DNA from: Anthoceros angustus | Lineage: Eukaryota > Plantae > Anthocerotophyta | Length of the DNA: 64,000 nucleotides | Direction of reading: 5' to 3' | NCBI GenBank assembly: GCA_010909165.1 | Contig: VJWM01000326.1 | Span: forward strand, 1 to 64,000 | Part shown: positions 23,184 to 35,740 of the stretch, in pieces | How positions within the stretch are numbered: position 1 is the stretch's first letter | Layout of the letters: every line of letters starts with the position of its first letter | The notes under the pieces: generated by a model | Database searches by the model: none | Told to the model about the DNA's origin: nothing | Seen by the model: the letters and a program-made list of their open reading frames with translations, nothing else | Translations under genes and position numbers: made by a program

Positions 23184-23549
23184 ATGAACTGTGGGTATGT
23201 CATCTTCATTAGTAGAGACTGCACTCCTTTTTCCCTTTTTCCACTATCTTCCATCCGCTTGCTCCTCGATTTGACTGCGATTTCCAGCAACTCCTACTTC
23301 TCTGTTTCCTTTCCTCTTGCGCATTGCCCTATTGAGATCTGCTATAATGAGCTCGTTCCTGGATGGTCTTTTGCCTTCTTCCATTGGACTTGGGGATCTC
23401 CTTCTCGATGACTGGCCAGGCCCACTGCCACCCGTTTTCCTTGATGGCGGTCTTCCGGTACTTGGTGCCCTCAAAGGTCTATTACCTACATCATCAGCGC
23501 GGACAGCCCCAACCATTGTGGATGGGTGACGATGGCCCTGGGATGATGA

Positions 23550-23768
23550 AGGTTGGACGCTGGCATGCCGGCGTCTATAACGATAGTTTAGTATCGTCTA
23601 GTTAAACCTAAACACATGGTTACATATATAGTGGTCATGTAAATTAGGGTTATACACGAAGGGTCGTGTAGATAGTGTTTTAAACATTTTTGTGTGTGCA
23701 TTTTTTATTATTCAATCTAGCTATCAAGAGTTTATGCAAGCTTTCTCGCTCCTGCTCGATAATTCACA
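23550..23768 (+). repeat. 5' LTR of Ty1/copia element B (start uncertain)
   Basis: Ends ...TTCACA directly before a tRNA-iMet PBS. Its 3' end resembles the LTR end at 57930-57958. Confidence 0.6.
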
Positions 23769-23780
23769 TGGTATCAGAGC
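23769..23780 (+). promoter_or_regulatory. PBS tRNA-iMet (TGGTATCAGAGC) of copia B
   Basis: Exact canonical plant copia PBS. Confidence 0.9.
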
Positions 23781-23797
23781 ATGGTGCTCTGCTTCCT

Positions 23798-24103
23798 GCT
23801 AACAGATCCTAAGAATGCCGAGGCAGGGCGGCTGTAGGGGAAGTCGGCGTGGTGCACTTCCAAGGAATCAAAATCAGGAAGTCCATTCATGAAGACAAAC
23901 AAAGAATCGTCCCTATCAACATTGTCTTTGGACCCCACGAGCACGCACTCGTGACTTTATTATTTTGTGGCTCAACAAAGACTCTGGACCGCTAACAGAT
24001 CCTAAGAATGCCGAGGCAGGGCGGCTGTAGGGGAAGTTGGCATGGTGCACTTCCAAGGAATCAAAATCAGGAAGTCCATTCACGAAGACAAACAGCAACT
24101 GTC
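23798..24103 (+). repeat. ~193-bp-period direct duplication in the copia B leader
   Basis: gctaacagatcctaagaatgccgaggcagg...gaagacaaaca at 23798-23901 and 23991-24094. The second copy continues after the copia A insertion (gtc|cctatcaaca). Confidence 0.9.
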
Positions 24104-24328
24104 TGATGAGAATCATACACAAGCTCTAGCAATATGTGTTGCATTACATTCATAATAGAAAGTACATGCCTTTATGTAGGCAAGGTAGTTGTAACCAATA
24201 AGTGGTTGTAACAACTAACCAATTAAAATAACTACTAAAAGAAACTACCTAGAGCCCTAAGGACTAAATTAATTATTAAGTCCTAGGTGCCCTAGTGAAG
24301 AGTGCCCTAATAGTAAGCTATTTTATCA
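24104..24328 (-). repeat. Copia A 3' LTR (225 bp)
   Basis: By eye differs from the 5' LTR by one substitution and one 1-bp indel. Confidence 0.97.
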
Positions 24329-24340
24329 CTCCCACTCACT
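24329..24340 (-). promoter_or_regulatory. Polypurine tract AGTGAGTGGGAG of copia A
   Basis: Immediately 5' of the 3' LTR TG on the minus strand. Confidence 0.85.
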
Positions 24341-25093
24341 ATGAACTAGGGGTGATTTTCGACCAAAAAGAGGTCTAGGAAAACTAGTCTAGTAAAAACT
24401 AGTCCCTAACTAAACTTTACTTAAAGGCATAAAGTAAAACTTAAGGTAAAACTGAAAGTAATAATCACTATTAAAATAACTCCCACTTAAGGAGAACGAG
24501 ATGAGAAACTAATAACCCAACTTCAAATAGGTGGAATTAAAACTAATTAAAAGTATTTAAGCGGATTTATATATAGGAAAATCCAGAAAATACCCTAATT
24601 TCCGAAAAGGAAAATCAAAAGGATAATGGATAATACCCTTCTTCCTCAAACTTCACGAACGCGATCCCGACAACTTGGTGGTTGGTACATGTGCGGTGAT
24701 GGCGATGAGGGGTGGCTACCCGCAGCAAGGCGCCCAATCGCCACGGAGGAGGCGCCCACGGGGCGCCATCGCGCCTGTGTCCCGAGCCCCGCTGGCCTCC
24801 GCGCGCCGCGCTGGGCCGTAGGCGCGCCTTCCGCCCACCGCCCCGGCCTCAGGGGACGCCACGGCGCTACTGGCGCCCAAACAAAAGGGGAGGCGCCTAC
24901 CGCTGATGCATCTAGTCGTGTCCTGCTGGTGATGAAGAGTCTCCTCCACGGACCTCGTCCTTCCTGCACCTTCAAAGAAATCTCGCATTTGTCATTGATC
25001 GACCTCATCCTCGGAGGATGAAGCGAACCGAGATGCCTAAGGATCCTACAGGGACGCCTCCCGAAGAGGAAGCAAGTCCAAGTGTAAGATTGC

Positions 25094-25137
25094 GTCTTCA
25101 TTTCCGCCATGTCTTCATTTCCGCCATGTCTTCATTT
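25094..25137. repeat. 17-bp tandem repeat GTCTTCATTTCCGCCAT x2.6
   Basis: Directly visible. Confidence 0.85.
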
Positions 25138-26065
25138 GTGAAGCAATTGTGGATGTGCTCACCAAAGGGGAGGAAGCGCAGCCTAGGTGATGAGGACGTG
25201 CCCTCCCCTCAATGAATGATGCTCGCCGCAAAATGCCCACCGCCAAAAGTGTTTGTAGGAAAGATTGCTGCCCATCTTATGCTTCTAAGAAGAAGCTATG
25301 ACACAAGTGGATTACAAGGATGCTAACGACTTGATGGATAAGAGGCGACACTTGTGTGGCGACGCTGAATGGGTGGAGACGGCATGGGAGGATATGACAA
25401 GGAAGGCTGAAAAGAAAGGTGCAATATATTAAAATAAGGTTATCCAAGATTTTAAGCATCCTAATTTCTATATGAGTTTTAGGATCGAATAACCTAGCAT
25501 AAATTTTCTGCATTGATGCGTAAACACATTTTGTTTCCTAAGTGTATTAAAGACAAAAACATGGGCTATTATAAGCGAATTCTACCAAAAGGTGACCGGA
25601 AAATAAAGTATACATACTCACCTTAGGTTTAAGTGAAAAGGGGAGATGTCCGGACTCCTATATATGTGAGGAAACTACCATCCACATGATAAAAATAGCA
25701 AGTCTCCCATGTGAGGAATTTCCAGGACATATCAAACATATTTTCCGTAGGTGCCTTTGGTGCTAAGGGAATTTATTGTTTTAATCACATAAATACTGCT
25801 TAAATATTATTTTTATTTTTAATATAAATATTCCAGGTTCTATGTTGGCTATGAAGAGGAAGGGGATGACCTAAGCTATTTTGAGATAGAAGAAGAAAAT
25901 GTTCAGAAAAATAGTAAGACAATAATTTTTGGGCTAAGATTTTAAGGTTATCTTAAATCGGCCCTAAGGCGCTAGGGTGAGTATTAGGTTAAAGGTTTGG
26001 ACAGGTGTCCATTATACCCAAACATTTCATGTGTTTCCTATGTAACTCAATTCCCAATGACTTTG

Positions 26066-29000
26066 TTAATAAATCAGATTGTCTAAAGTTTGAACATAAC
26101 TAATATTTATGGTTTGATCTTCTAACTTTTCCCTTATGTAGTGATACTCAACAGCTATATGTTTAGTTCTAGAATGAAAAGGATTTCGTGCAAGTGCAAT
26201 GGCACCGCTATCACTAAACAAAGATGTAGGCTTAAGTTGAGGATGGTGAAGTTCACTCAAAACTAACTGGACCACACTATGTCTTTAGAACCGAGGTTAG
26301 TACCACTATTCTGACTTGACAAAGCTATAGTAGGTTGTTTCTTACTTGACCAGATATTGGTGCTCCTCCTAAGAGTAATACATACCCGACTGATTGTGTG
26401 TCGGGGTCACCAAGATAGTCGATCGATATGCCGTTAGAGTTAATGTGTTGATAGCTGGTGTATGCTTGAACATCGACATACATAGTGCCTTTAAGGTATC
26501 GAATATACGCTTAAGACATCCAAAGGCTCACGCCCGTGGTTCTCCAAGAATTGTGAGCGTGAACCGACTTCAAAAGATATATCCGGTCTCGTAAAATTGC
26601 ATAAATATATTAGAGTGCCAAGATGTGGTATGGAATCACGACATTTCTAGCTTTTCTTCATGCTTTTGGGACTCATATCGAGGTAAGCCTAACACCACTT
26701 GCAAAAGGTGTGGGTGTGCTTTGCATCCTCAAGTCCAAATTTAGCTAAACTCTCCTTAATATACTTGGTTTGAACTATACTTAGAGTCTTATTACCTCTA
26801 TTTCGTATAATATTAACACCAAGTGCATATGTCATTTCTCCTAGATCGGACATCTCAAATAGAGTCCTAAGCCATGCTTTAGTTTCGCTAGGAGAGTGAG
26901 GGAGTTTGTTGCCATAAAACATCATCAACATAAAGTAGAAGATAAAATATATCAATATTAGGATGTACATACAAGCATCACCGGCTTTGCTTAAATCCTC
27001 TCCCAATAAGTTGTACATGTATGGTTAAGTTCCAATTCTTGCTCGATCGCTTAAGGCCATACAAACCTTTGATGAGTCGGCATACCCAATCTTCTTTGCC
27101 TTTGACTTCAGAACTCGTTGTCTCATGTATATTTCCTCTTGCGTGCGCCATACAAATATCTTGTCTTAACATCCATCATGTGGAGTTCAAGATCATGTTG
27201 GGCACATAAGGCAAATATCATTCAAGTGTGGCAAATTTGGCTCTGGGGCATAAGTGGCCCAAGGTATGTAATCTAGACCAAGAATTTGCGTAAAACCTCT
27301 GGCTACTAGACGTGCCTTATACCTTTCTATAGAACCATCTCCTTTTCTTTTAATTTTGAATACCCATTTGCTGGTTACTATCTTCCTACCCCTAGGTGGT
27401 TTGACCAATTCCATGTAGAGTTATTAACTAGGGAATTATATTCGAATCTACTACCTTCCATAAGTCTTTTCGGAGAAGAGAAAGCTTGTTTTAAGGTAAG
27501 AGGTTCTTCCGGGTCTATAGTTGCCTTGTAGACATTTTGAGAATAAAGTGATATAGGGGTATAGGATCATCAAAACAGCTAGGTATCCTAAAGGAGGTTC
27601 CTTCCAACTGCAGGACTCGAGATAGTAGGTCGGGATCTAAGGTTGTACCTTTGTGCATCATCCATGGAGGCGGGATCAACGAGGATCTGCTGGCTCCACA
27701 ATGTCATCCTCCGGAGGGTCATCAAACTCATCATCATGAGTGTCAATCGGCGCCGGGATGTCAACATCGTGTCTGCCCGGGTTGTGGAATAGATGCTAAC
27801 TCCTCCTCCTCGCATAATAGGTTCAACTAAAGGAACACGAGCGTGAATGGGAAATGGAGTGAAATAATCAAGATCAAAATAAGAAGGGTCAATGGTCTCA
27901 TCAAGAGGAGGACCAAGCCTATCAGCTCCCACTGTGGGGGAAAAGAGGTAAGACTCATGAAAAGTAACACTCCGGGCGTATAAAAGTTGCCTTGTAGAAG
28001 GGTTGAACAATTTGTACCCTTTGATACCTTCGGTGTAGCCAATGAAAGTGTACTTAGCTGCTTTGGGATCCAACTTCTTACGCAATGCTTTGGGAATAAA
28101 AACATATGCAGGGGATCCAAAAATTCGAAGGTGGTCAATAGAAGGCTTCTTGCCAATGAATGCTTCATATGGAGTCATACCTTGAACCGATGTAGGCAAT
28201 CGATTCATGAGATAGGTTCTTAGGAGGGCCTCCCAATAAGCCTTAGATAACTTAGCTTGTACCAATAAGCAACCTGTGATCTCTTGGAGGCGTAGATTCT
28301 TGTTCGGCCACGCCATTTTGTTGAGGAGTGTAGACAATCGTAAGTTGTTGAGCTATACCTTCACTCGACAAAATCCTCAAAAGATGTAAACTCTCCACCA
28401 TTGTCGGAACGTAAGGTCTTGAGTTTGTGATCGTAAGTCTCTCACCCATTTCATGTAGTCCTTGAAGAAGTGAAAGGCATCACTCTTGTTTTTCGGGATG
28501 TAGGAAAAGACAAACGAGAGAAATCATCTGTGAAGGTCAAAAATATCTACTACCACTAAAGGAGGGTGTAGACAAGGGTCCACAATGTCTGTGCACTATC
28601 TCTAAAGGTGACTTGGCCCTTTGTGGAGATTTATTTTTGAAAGGCTCTTGATGTCGTTTAGTGAGGACACAAGATTCGCACCAAGGTAGGTGTTCAACCT
28701 TTGCAAGGCAAGGGTTCTATATAAAGCTCCCTTAGACATTTGGATTAATTTTTGACTATTAGGATGACCAAGGCGACAATGCCAAAGCATGGTTTGGGTA
28801 GGTGTCATGGTTTGGAATGGCAACATTAGCGAATGGGTGGCTCCCACTTGTCGACAATCTATAGAGACCATCATCTAAAGTGCAGTGCATTGTATAGTTT
28901 CTATCACTTATGAAAGAGAGAAGACAACTATCGCATAAAGGATCACCGCAGAGTGTGTTCTTGACAAAGACTTGCAGATACTAGATTCTTGCACATTGAA

Positions 29001-30300
29001 GGAACATGGAGGACGTGATGAAGATGAAGAACGACAATCACACTTGAATACAATCGAACCAACACCCGCAATGGGTAGGTTGTGATCATCTCGGAGGAGA
29101 TGTCCTGGGGTCGGTGAGTAAGACTCAAAAGAGTTTGTTGTAACAAATATGTGAAGTAGCTCCATCTAAGTACCATGAGGTATTGGAGGGCTTGGAAGAA
29201 GCCAAGCACACAGTGAGCACACTGGAGTTGAGGAAGATTGTTTCTTCACGCAATGTTAGCTCTGTGGGGCCTCCTTGAGGTTCCCCATTCTTCTTCTTAC
29301 GACAATCCTTTTCCATGTGATTTGGGATTACGCACCAATTACATATAATCCCGCCTTCTTGTTACCTCTTGCGGTGTTGAAGAAGATGCCTCTCCATCAT
29401 GGAAAGTATGTGCGGATATGGGGTCTGGAAAGTAGAACCTCGGCCTCGCCGTCCTCTTCCTCTACCCCTTTGTGAATACATCACCGCTTGTTGGCTGGAG
29501 TGATGATGACGTCGCTTGCCTCCTCCTGTAGCAATGCTCCAATAAGTTCTAAACACGATGTCCGGCTCTTCATTTGGATCTTCATCTGCTTTTCCGACAT
29601 TGCGAATCACGCATTTTGAGTTGTAATGAAAGCCCTATAAGAAGGTGGCAATGAAGATAAGAGAATGACGTAAGCCTCCATCTCGAGATAGGTACGCCAT
29701 TGAAGATTCCAAATGGGATCGTGCCAATCGAAATGCATTAACATGATGTTCGATGGTGTCGGACTCCTTCATTGAGAGGTTGCGGAAGTTACGTGAAGTC
29801 AACAATACTCATTACATCTCGAGATGAATATAATTGAGCAAGGTGAGTCCACATATCCTTGGAGGTCTTGCAGCGACATGTCTCACCATATGTTGAGAAA
29901 GTCCACCGACCAATAAATCTTGTGCCTTCTCGCCGGCGTCCGGAAGGTTGAAGTTCACGTTCAAATCGGGCGTGGCCTTGGAATTGATCCATCGACGATG
30001 CCCCAAAGGTCTCTTTGCCGCAAAGCTCCTCGCATTCTCAATGACCGATGTCATAATCCCTTCCATTGAATCTATCTTTCTCTTTGAATCACACCATAAT
30101 GATAATGCAATGAAGTGTTAGCATTATCATTACCCAATGGGGAATTAGGAACAGTTTGTTCTTCATTATTGATCACTCCAGCCATTGTAGGTGATTTAGA
30201 GGACTAGGCCTCGCAGGTACAGCCTCTCATCTTCTTTATTGCACGCGCGAAACTCTTCTCTTGCATCATAGTCTGATTCGGATGATGATAGCATGCTCTC
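26066..30300 (-). pseudogene. gag-pol: Copia A gag-pol, frameshifted
   Basis: WYLD.GATSHIC (PR), LWHCRLGHP (GAG-pre-integrase), YTPQQNGVAE and KLDPKAAKYTFIGY..GIKGYKL (INT), KWVFKIK...RYKARLVARGFTQ, LYGLK and FEMSDLG (RT), FHSRTKHIAVEYHYIRE (RNase H). Upstream end approximate. Confidence 0.93.
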
Positions 30301-30963
30301 AAATCTCTGCGCATTATCAACCTTAGAGAGAATAGACAATTTTGTCCTTAATTCAGATAATTCTCCTTAAGATCAAAGGATTGGATTCTAAGAGTTGCTA
30401 ATTGACTATCAATTTCTTGAAATCTAAGAGTTTCTATGCTATTTTGTCTCAGACTAGAAGATAAAGGAGTACTAATACCGATTCAAATTTGGGATATGTT
30501 GGAGAGCTAATTCTAATGCCTTGACGTGAATTGGACTAAAAACTTCTAGCAAATCACGTCTAGCTAGCTTGATAAACTTCCCTTGATCCGGTTTAGAAAT
30601 TAAAATAGATGCAATGAAGTTTGCTATACAAGAGGAGGTTTCTACTATCTCTCCTCTATAGCTTGTTGTCTTCTATTGCTTCTATGTGTTGGGCTCCTAA
30701 TTTGTTCTTGTTGTCTTGGGACTACTTCTCTTCTTAACTCTATGCCTTCTCCTTCTAAGGGAACACAAATCCATGGAGGAAGGACAAAGAATTAGTGCAT
30801 AAAAGCATTGTTAGAAGAGAAATGTTAGCATAAAAAGAATGCATGCAAAGATAGCAATTCTAGGATAAACACAATCCATCTAGGCAAATGCTAGATTAGA
30901 AAGTGTCTCCTAGATAAGCTACTTAGATGCATGAGGATGCACAAGCAAACAAAGAGCAAGTGT

Positions 30964-30974
30964 GCTCGATACCA
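30964..30974 (-). promoter_or_regulatory. PBS tRNA-iMet variant (TGGTATCGAGC) of copia A
   Basis: Abuts the 5' LTR CA. One base shorter than canonical TGGTATCAGAGC. Confidence 0.85.
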
Positions 30975-31198
30975 TGATGAGAATCATACACAAGCTCTAG
31001 CAATATGTGTTGCATTACATTCATAAAAGAAAGTACATGCCTTTATGTAGGCAAGGTAGTTGTAACCAATAAGTGGTTGTAACAACTAACCAATTAAATA
31101 ACTACTAAAAGAAACTACCTAGAGCCCTAAGGACTAAATTAATTATTAAGTCCTAGGTGCCCTAGTGAAGAGTGCCCTAATAGTAAGCTATTTTATCA
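30975..31198 (-). repeat. Copia A 5' LTR (224 bp)
   Basis: See 3' LTR. Confidence 0.97.
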
Positions 31199-31439
31199 CT
31201 GTCCCTATCAACACAAAGGCTGGACCTCTGACAATGGCCACCGCACTTTGGTGCTTTTCCCGAAGACTCCTCCTGGACCGGCTTACATTCTCAATAGAAA
31301 TCAGGAGATTGATCGACTGTACAAGAAGCGCTGCCGCAAGAGAGGACAGAACCCAAAATTGTTCTACAGATCTAAAACTGGAGCATCCTCCTCCTACATA
31401 AGTCCCCCTGTGCCACAATAGCAAAGAAACAGCACCATC

Positions 31440-31726
31440 AGTGACTCCACACAACTCAGGAATGACACCAATGGAAGGACTACATTGGTACCTTAGCTCG
31501 TGCGGAGAAGGTGTTGACTTTATCGCTAGCCAACCAGGAATCTAACAAGAGCAGAGTTGAGAGCCTTAATCGCAACACAGAACGAGCCATCTCAAATTGC
31601 AAGCTGGAAATCAAGGAGGATCTCAATTACATTACCTATTCCCTGCAAATGATGAAGCTGAGACTGCAGGATCTGGGGACTAGCTGCAATCATTCTGCTG
31701 TTGGACAGAAGGCCCAAGAATCCTGA
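31440..31726 (+). pseudogene. Extra leader ORF (coiled-coil-like) upstream of copia B gag
   Basis: LARAEKVLTLSLANQ...ERAIS...LQMMKLRLQDL aligns with LIRVEKVLSLVLSNQ...QRAIL...LRNMDLKLQNL in copia C. Confidence 0.55.
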
Positions 31727-32145
31727 GCATTTCCGCTGCGATCGAGTGGAGCGCCCTGGCACACGAGCAATTCCAGCCAGGATCTGAAGGGGCGCTATTG
31801 ATCACGCACCCCTTCATTTGAAACTCTTGTTTTGACTGTGATTTGTTCACTTGTGGACGTCTGTTCACAGGACAGGGACGTGACGGTTAGTCACAAACCC
31901 TAATTTCCAGTTTAGTTTTCTGAAACGATATTCATTTTAGGGTTATGTTCATAAACGCAACTGTTCACTAGTGCCTGAAGGGAAGTTGAGGAGTTCAGCA
32001 TGAGGAGGGCATAGTTCCTTGGTATCCCCCACCTCGGGCTGAACCCCCCAACCTCCTTTCCTACGATATACTAGTTAGTCCCTCAAATCCAACAATGCAG
32101 GTTAGGACTCTTATCTGTGAGGTAGGGATCGATAGGTAGTCATAT

Positions 32146-33143
32146 ATGTCCTCTTACGATCTTGACATTGACGGCTACTTCTCTTGGTTGTTTTCCCCCT
32201 CACCTGTGATGGCTGCTTCAAACCCTGCACACCCTGCGTTAACTTTTACTTCTGAGTTGAAAGAGAAGGATCGTTTTAAGGGTAGTGGTTACCTGGTATG
32301 GAGAGTCAGGATGAAGGCTATTCTATCAGCTCGTGGAGTCTAGCCAGTCCTGGATGGCACTTTCAAGAAACCTGATCCAGTTACTCACCTTGATGATCAT
32401 GCCTAATGGGTTAACCACAATGGAATCGCCATGGCCCTCCTCATCAATGGCCTGGATGCAGCTCTTGTGCCTAATGTTGAGTTTCTAGATTCAGCTGCGG
32501 ACATTTGGAATCAGTTAGAAACTACCTGTCATTCCACAAACATGATGTCTTTGTCAGCTGTGTGTATGGAATTTTATGCCTTGAAAATGAAGGAAGGAGA
32601 GGAGATAGCTACATCTGCGTGAAGTTCCAACATCCGAGAGCCTTTGATCACGTCCGGACACAAGATGCCGAAGTCAAGCCGTATCGCCTTCACGCCTCCC
32701 ACCTTCATATCGAGTTTTGCCACACCAAATGGCCTTGTTCCCAGCCGGAGCCATCGCTGTCACGCCCCCTGTGCTGTTGAGGACATCATCTACAAGACTC
32801 TATCGAGAGGAGCAGTCTGCATTTTCCGGGTGCTACTCCTAAGAACAAAGCCTAGAGAGTTTTAGCTGTGAATTCTCGCCCTTTTAAAGGCAAGGCAAAA
32901 TTCAAGGGGGGAAATAACCCACCTGGAGGTTCTAGTCAGCGAACTGATTCCGCCAGCTCCTCCACTAAAAGACCAGGTTCGTGCAATTGGTGTGGCACCC
33001 CTGGCCATTGGGCAAGAGAATGCCGCAAAAAGAAGGCAAGTGAGCCACAACGACAGCTGAGAGCAAACGCTGCTGTCAAGGAGAAAAATTCTGGAGAATC
33101 AAAGGTGCCAATTAAGATACTCACTATCTGCCTTTCCGCCTGA
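32146..33143 (+). pseudogene. gag: Copia B gag with stops and frameshifts
   Basis: KDRFKGSGYLVWRVRMKAIL, IWNQLE...FYALKMKEGE (UBN2-like) and zinc knuckle CNWCGTPGHWAREC at ~32982. Confidence 0.9.
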
Positions 33144-33149
33144 CTAATG

Positions 33150-34420
33150 ACACGGCACTACCGGATTCCGGAGCCAGACCGCATCTCGCAAGCGGATGGG
33201 AGTTGTTCACTACCCTTAACCTTGGTCATGTCCATGACAAGGTGTTGCTCGGAGATGAGCAAAGTACAACCAGCTACTACGTTTACGTACCTTCTGTATG
33301 CGTGCTAATTCTAATCACTGCTCCTTCTACAGAAAGGCATATCCAAATACATGTGTTTTCAAAGGCGGTCTAGACCATGATCTGTATAGGCTGAACATCA
33401 CTTGCAGCCCTGCCTTTGTTCCCTAGCACGCTGCACATTCCACGTCAAGGAATTCAGTCAGTGCAAAGCAAGAGGCTGTGTTATGGCATGCTAGATTAAG
33501 TCACGTAAATAGGTCCAAGCTTATAGACATGTCTGTAATGGAATGTCACAGGGAGCCACTCCCTAAGTGTTTTAAGGACTTACCAGTTTGTGAGTCTTGC
33601 ATTCTGGCTAAGCAGAAGGAATCCCCTTTTCCTAATGCCCCTGCACATAGAACCACGCAAGTCCTTGAGTTAGTACATGTCGACATATCAGGGAAGATTC
33701 ATGAGCCTTCCCTAGGAGGTTCACGATACTTCTTTACCCTAACTGACGATTACAGTCGGTATACCTGGACATTTCCTATGCATCTGAAAAGTGATACTTT
33801 TAGCTACTTCAAGGAATGGCTATCAACTGCTCAACGACAATCTAGGATGCCTCTCAAGATTCTAAGGACAGACAATGGGTCGGAATTTGTAAACTCATCT
33901 TTTGATGAATTGCTTCAGGAGCATGGAATCCTCCGACAGTTGACTATGCCTTACACACCACAGCAGAACGGTGTCTCAAAGAGGAAAAACCAGACCTTGT
34001 TAGGAATGACAAGGAGCATGTTGATATGGGCGTGGCTTACCATGGAGGAGCTGAGCCGTGGATTGCAACCTACATCTTGAATGAGGTAGTCCTTACAAGC
34101 TGGGCCCACACAAGACCCCATATGAAGTTTTCTGGCATAAGAGGCCAAGCCTCCTTCACTTGCGGATCTTCGGGTCCAAGGCATATGCTCATATTCCTAC
34201 TGAGAAGAGGAAGAAGGAGGAGAAACTCCTACCATGGTAGGAGAGGGTAGGAGAAACTCCTACCATGGTAGGAGAAACTCCTACCATGGTAGGAGAGGGT
34301 AGGAGAGATCCTACCACCGTAGGAGATAGGTTCGATGGTGCTAGCTCGCAGTGTTGTCTTCCTCGAGCCCACAAAGACTGCAGAGATCCTTTCCATGATT
34401 CAAAGACCTCTGAGACTTGG
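33150..34420 (+). pseudogene. pol: Copia B protease-integrase
   Basis: DSGA..H, LWHARLSH, C..C, LELVHVDISG, DDYSRYTW, LRTDNGSEF, YTPQQNGVS.RKN, and SMVLARSVVFLEP at ~34330. Confidence 0.93.
34218..34325. repeat. 21-bp palindromic array inserted in copia B integrase
   Basis: Interrupts HIPTEKRKK|...|SMVLARSV. Confidence 0.9.
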
Positions 34421-35740
34421 ACCGTGGAACGCAAAAGTTTGGGCAACAAGCTTAAATGAGTTTGTTTTGAACAGCCCACACTCTTTGCTAGAAATGGTTT
34501 GGTGAAGACATGCAAGGAAATTTTTGCTCCTTTGAGCGGAGTTGTAGGACCATGCCTGGAAGGCAGAGGATATGGGAAAAGAAACGGGTCAAAACGACCT
34601 ACTGGTGAGGAGAAAAGGTAACCTACATGAGTGGTAGGAGGTGTCCTACCACCGTAGGAGAAACTCCTACCATGGTAGACGAGGGTAGGAGAGATCCTAC
34701 CACCGTAGGAGGATGACCGCTAGTGTTTTGATCACCTACCTAGGAATAGCTCCTACCATGGTAGGAGAGGGTAGGAAGGTATCCCACAGGAGTGACTCCT
34801 ACCGTGGTAGGAGAAAGGGAAAACGCCTACCATGGTAGGAGGATGTCCTACCACCGTAGGAGATAGGTTGCTAAGGAAAGTAGCTTATGTTTTAGGCAGG
34901 ATAGGCTTGCTATATATAGAGTCTTTTAGTGGACTAGATAAATAGGCCAAAATAGGTAATTAAGAAATTAGAGGCTAATTTTCAATTAGAAATTAGAAAA
35001 TAGGGAAATGGTATTTTAGTATAAGGAATTAGGAAACTAACATCAATGGTGAGAAAAGGGCCACGTGGCACACATCCAAGGGCAGGATAGAATGGTAGTT
35101 ACTTTTTCTAACCCTTGGGTGACTTATAAAAGTGGTGCAGTGCCCGCAGGAGGCCACAACTCGAAACTTGAAGAGACTACCACAGCAGAAGGCGCCGCCA
35201 CACCTCAAGCTGCCCAAGGCCCCATACAGCAACGCGCACACGCGCCTGTGTTGAGGAGGAGAAGGAGGGCGCAAGCTCAAGGAGGCGTAACCGCCAGCGC
35301 CCAAGAGAGGAAGAAGGAGGAAAAGAGGAAGAAGAGAAGGGAGAAGAAGGTTGGGCGCAACCCAACACTTGCCAAGCTCGTGAGGGTGCCTAGGAGGGTG
35401 GAGCGTGGCAAGATTGCTAGGAAACCGTGCAGGAAGGGCTCCTAAATTGCTGGCGGTGTAAGAGTCCGGGAGAATTTTGGTGAGCTTTCTGCAGGAGAAA
35501 TCGGGTTTTGAGGGACGCCAAGGTGTAAGGACTGCAGGAGGAGGAGAGCAAGGGCAAGGACCTTTGAGCTGTGAGCAAGAGCAAATCAGGAGGAGAGCAA
35601 GGGCAAGGACCTTTGAGCTGTGAGCAAGAGCAAATCACGAGGAGGAGGAGAAACGTTTGCAAGGATAAGAAGTCGGTGAGCAGGAATTGCAGGAGAGGCA
35701 TCACTTTTCTTCAATTTCGCAAGTACTAACCAAGGAGGCC

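Larger units (their letters stand above)
24104..31198 (-). mobile_element. Complete Ty1/copia LTR retrotransposon A with 5-bp TSD CTGTC
   Basis: LTRs at 24104-24328 and 30975-31198 (TGAT...ATCA). CTGTC at 24099-24103 and 31199-31203. PBS, PPT and gag-PR-INT-RT-RH order present. Confidence 0.97.

Noticed and set aside
25635-25660. Plus-strand PPT-like AAAAGGGGAGA followed by TG inside copia A
   Set aside because: No matching second LTR, CA end or TSD found, so no nested element can be supported.
31890-31930. Telomere-like AAACCCTAA/TTAGGGTT motifs (also ~23644, ~58832)
   Set aside because: Single units only. At most telo-box motifs, not telomeric arrays.
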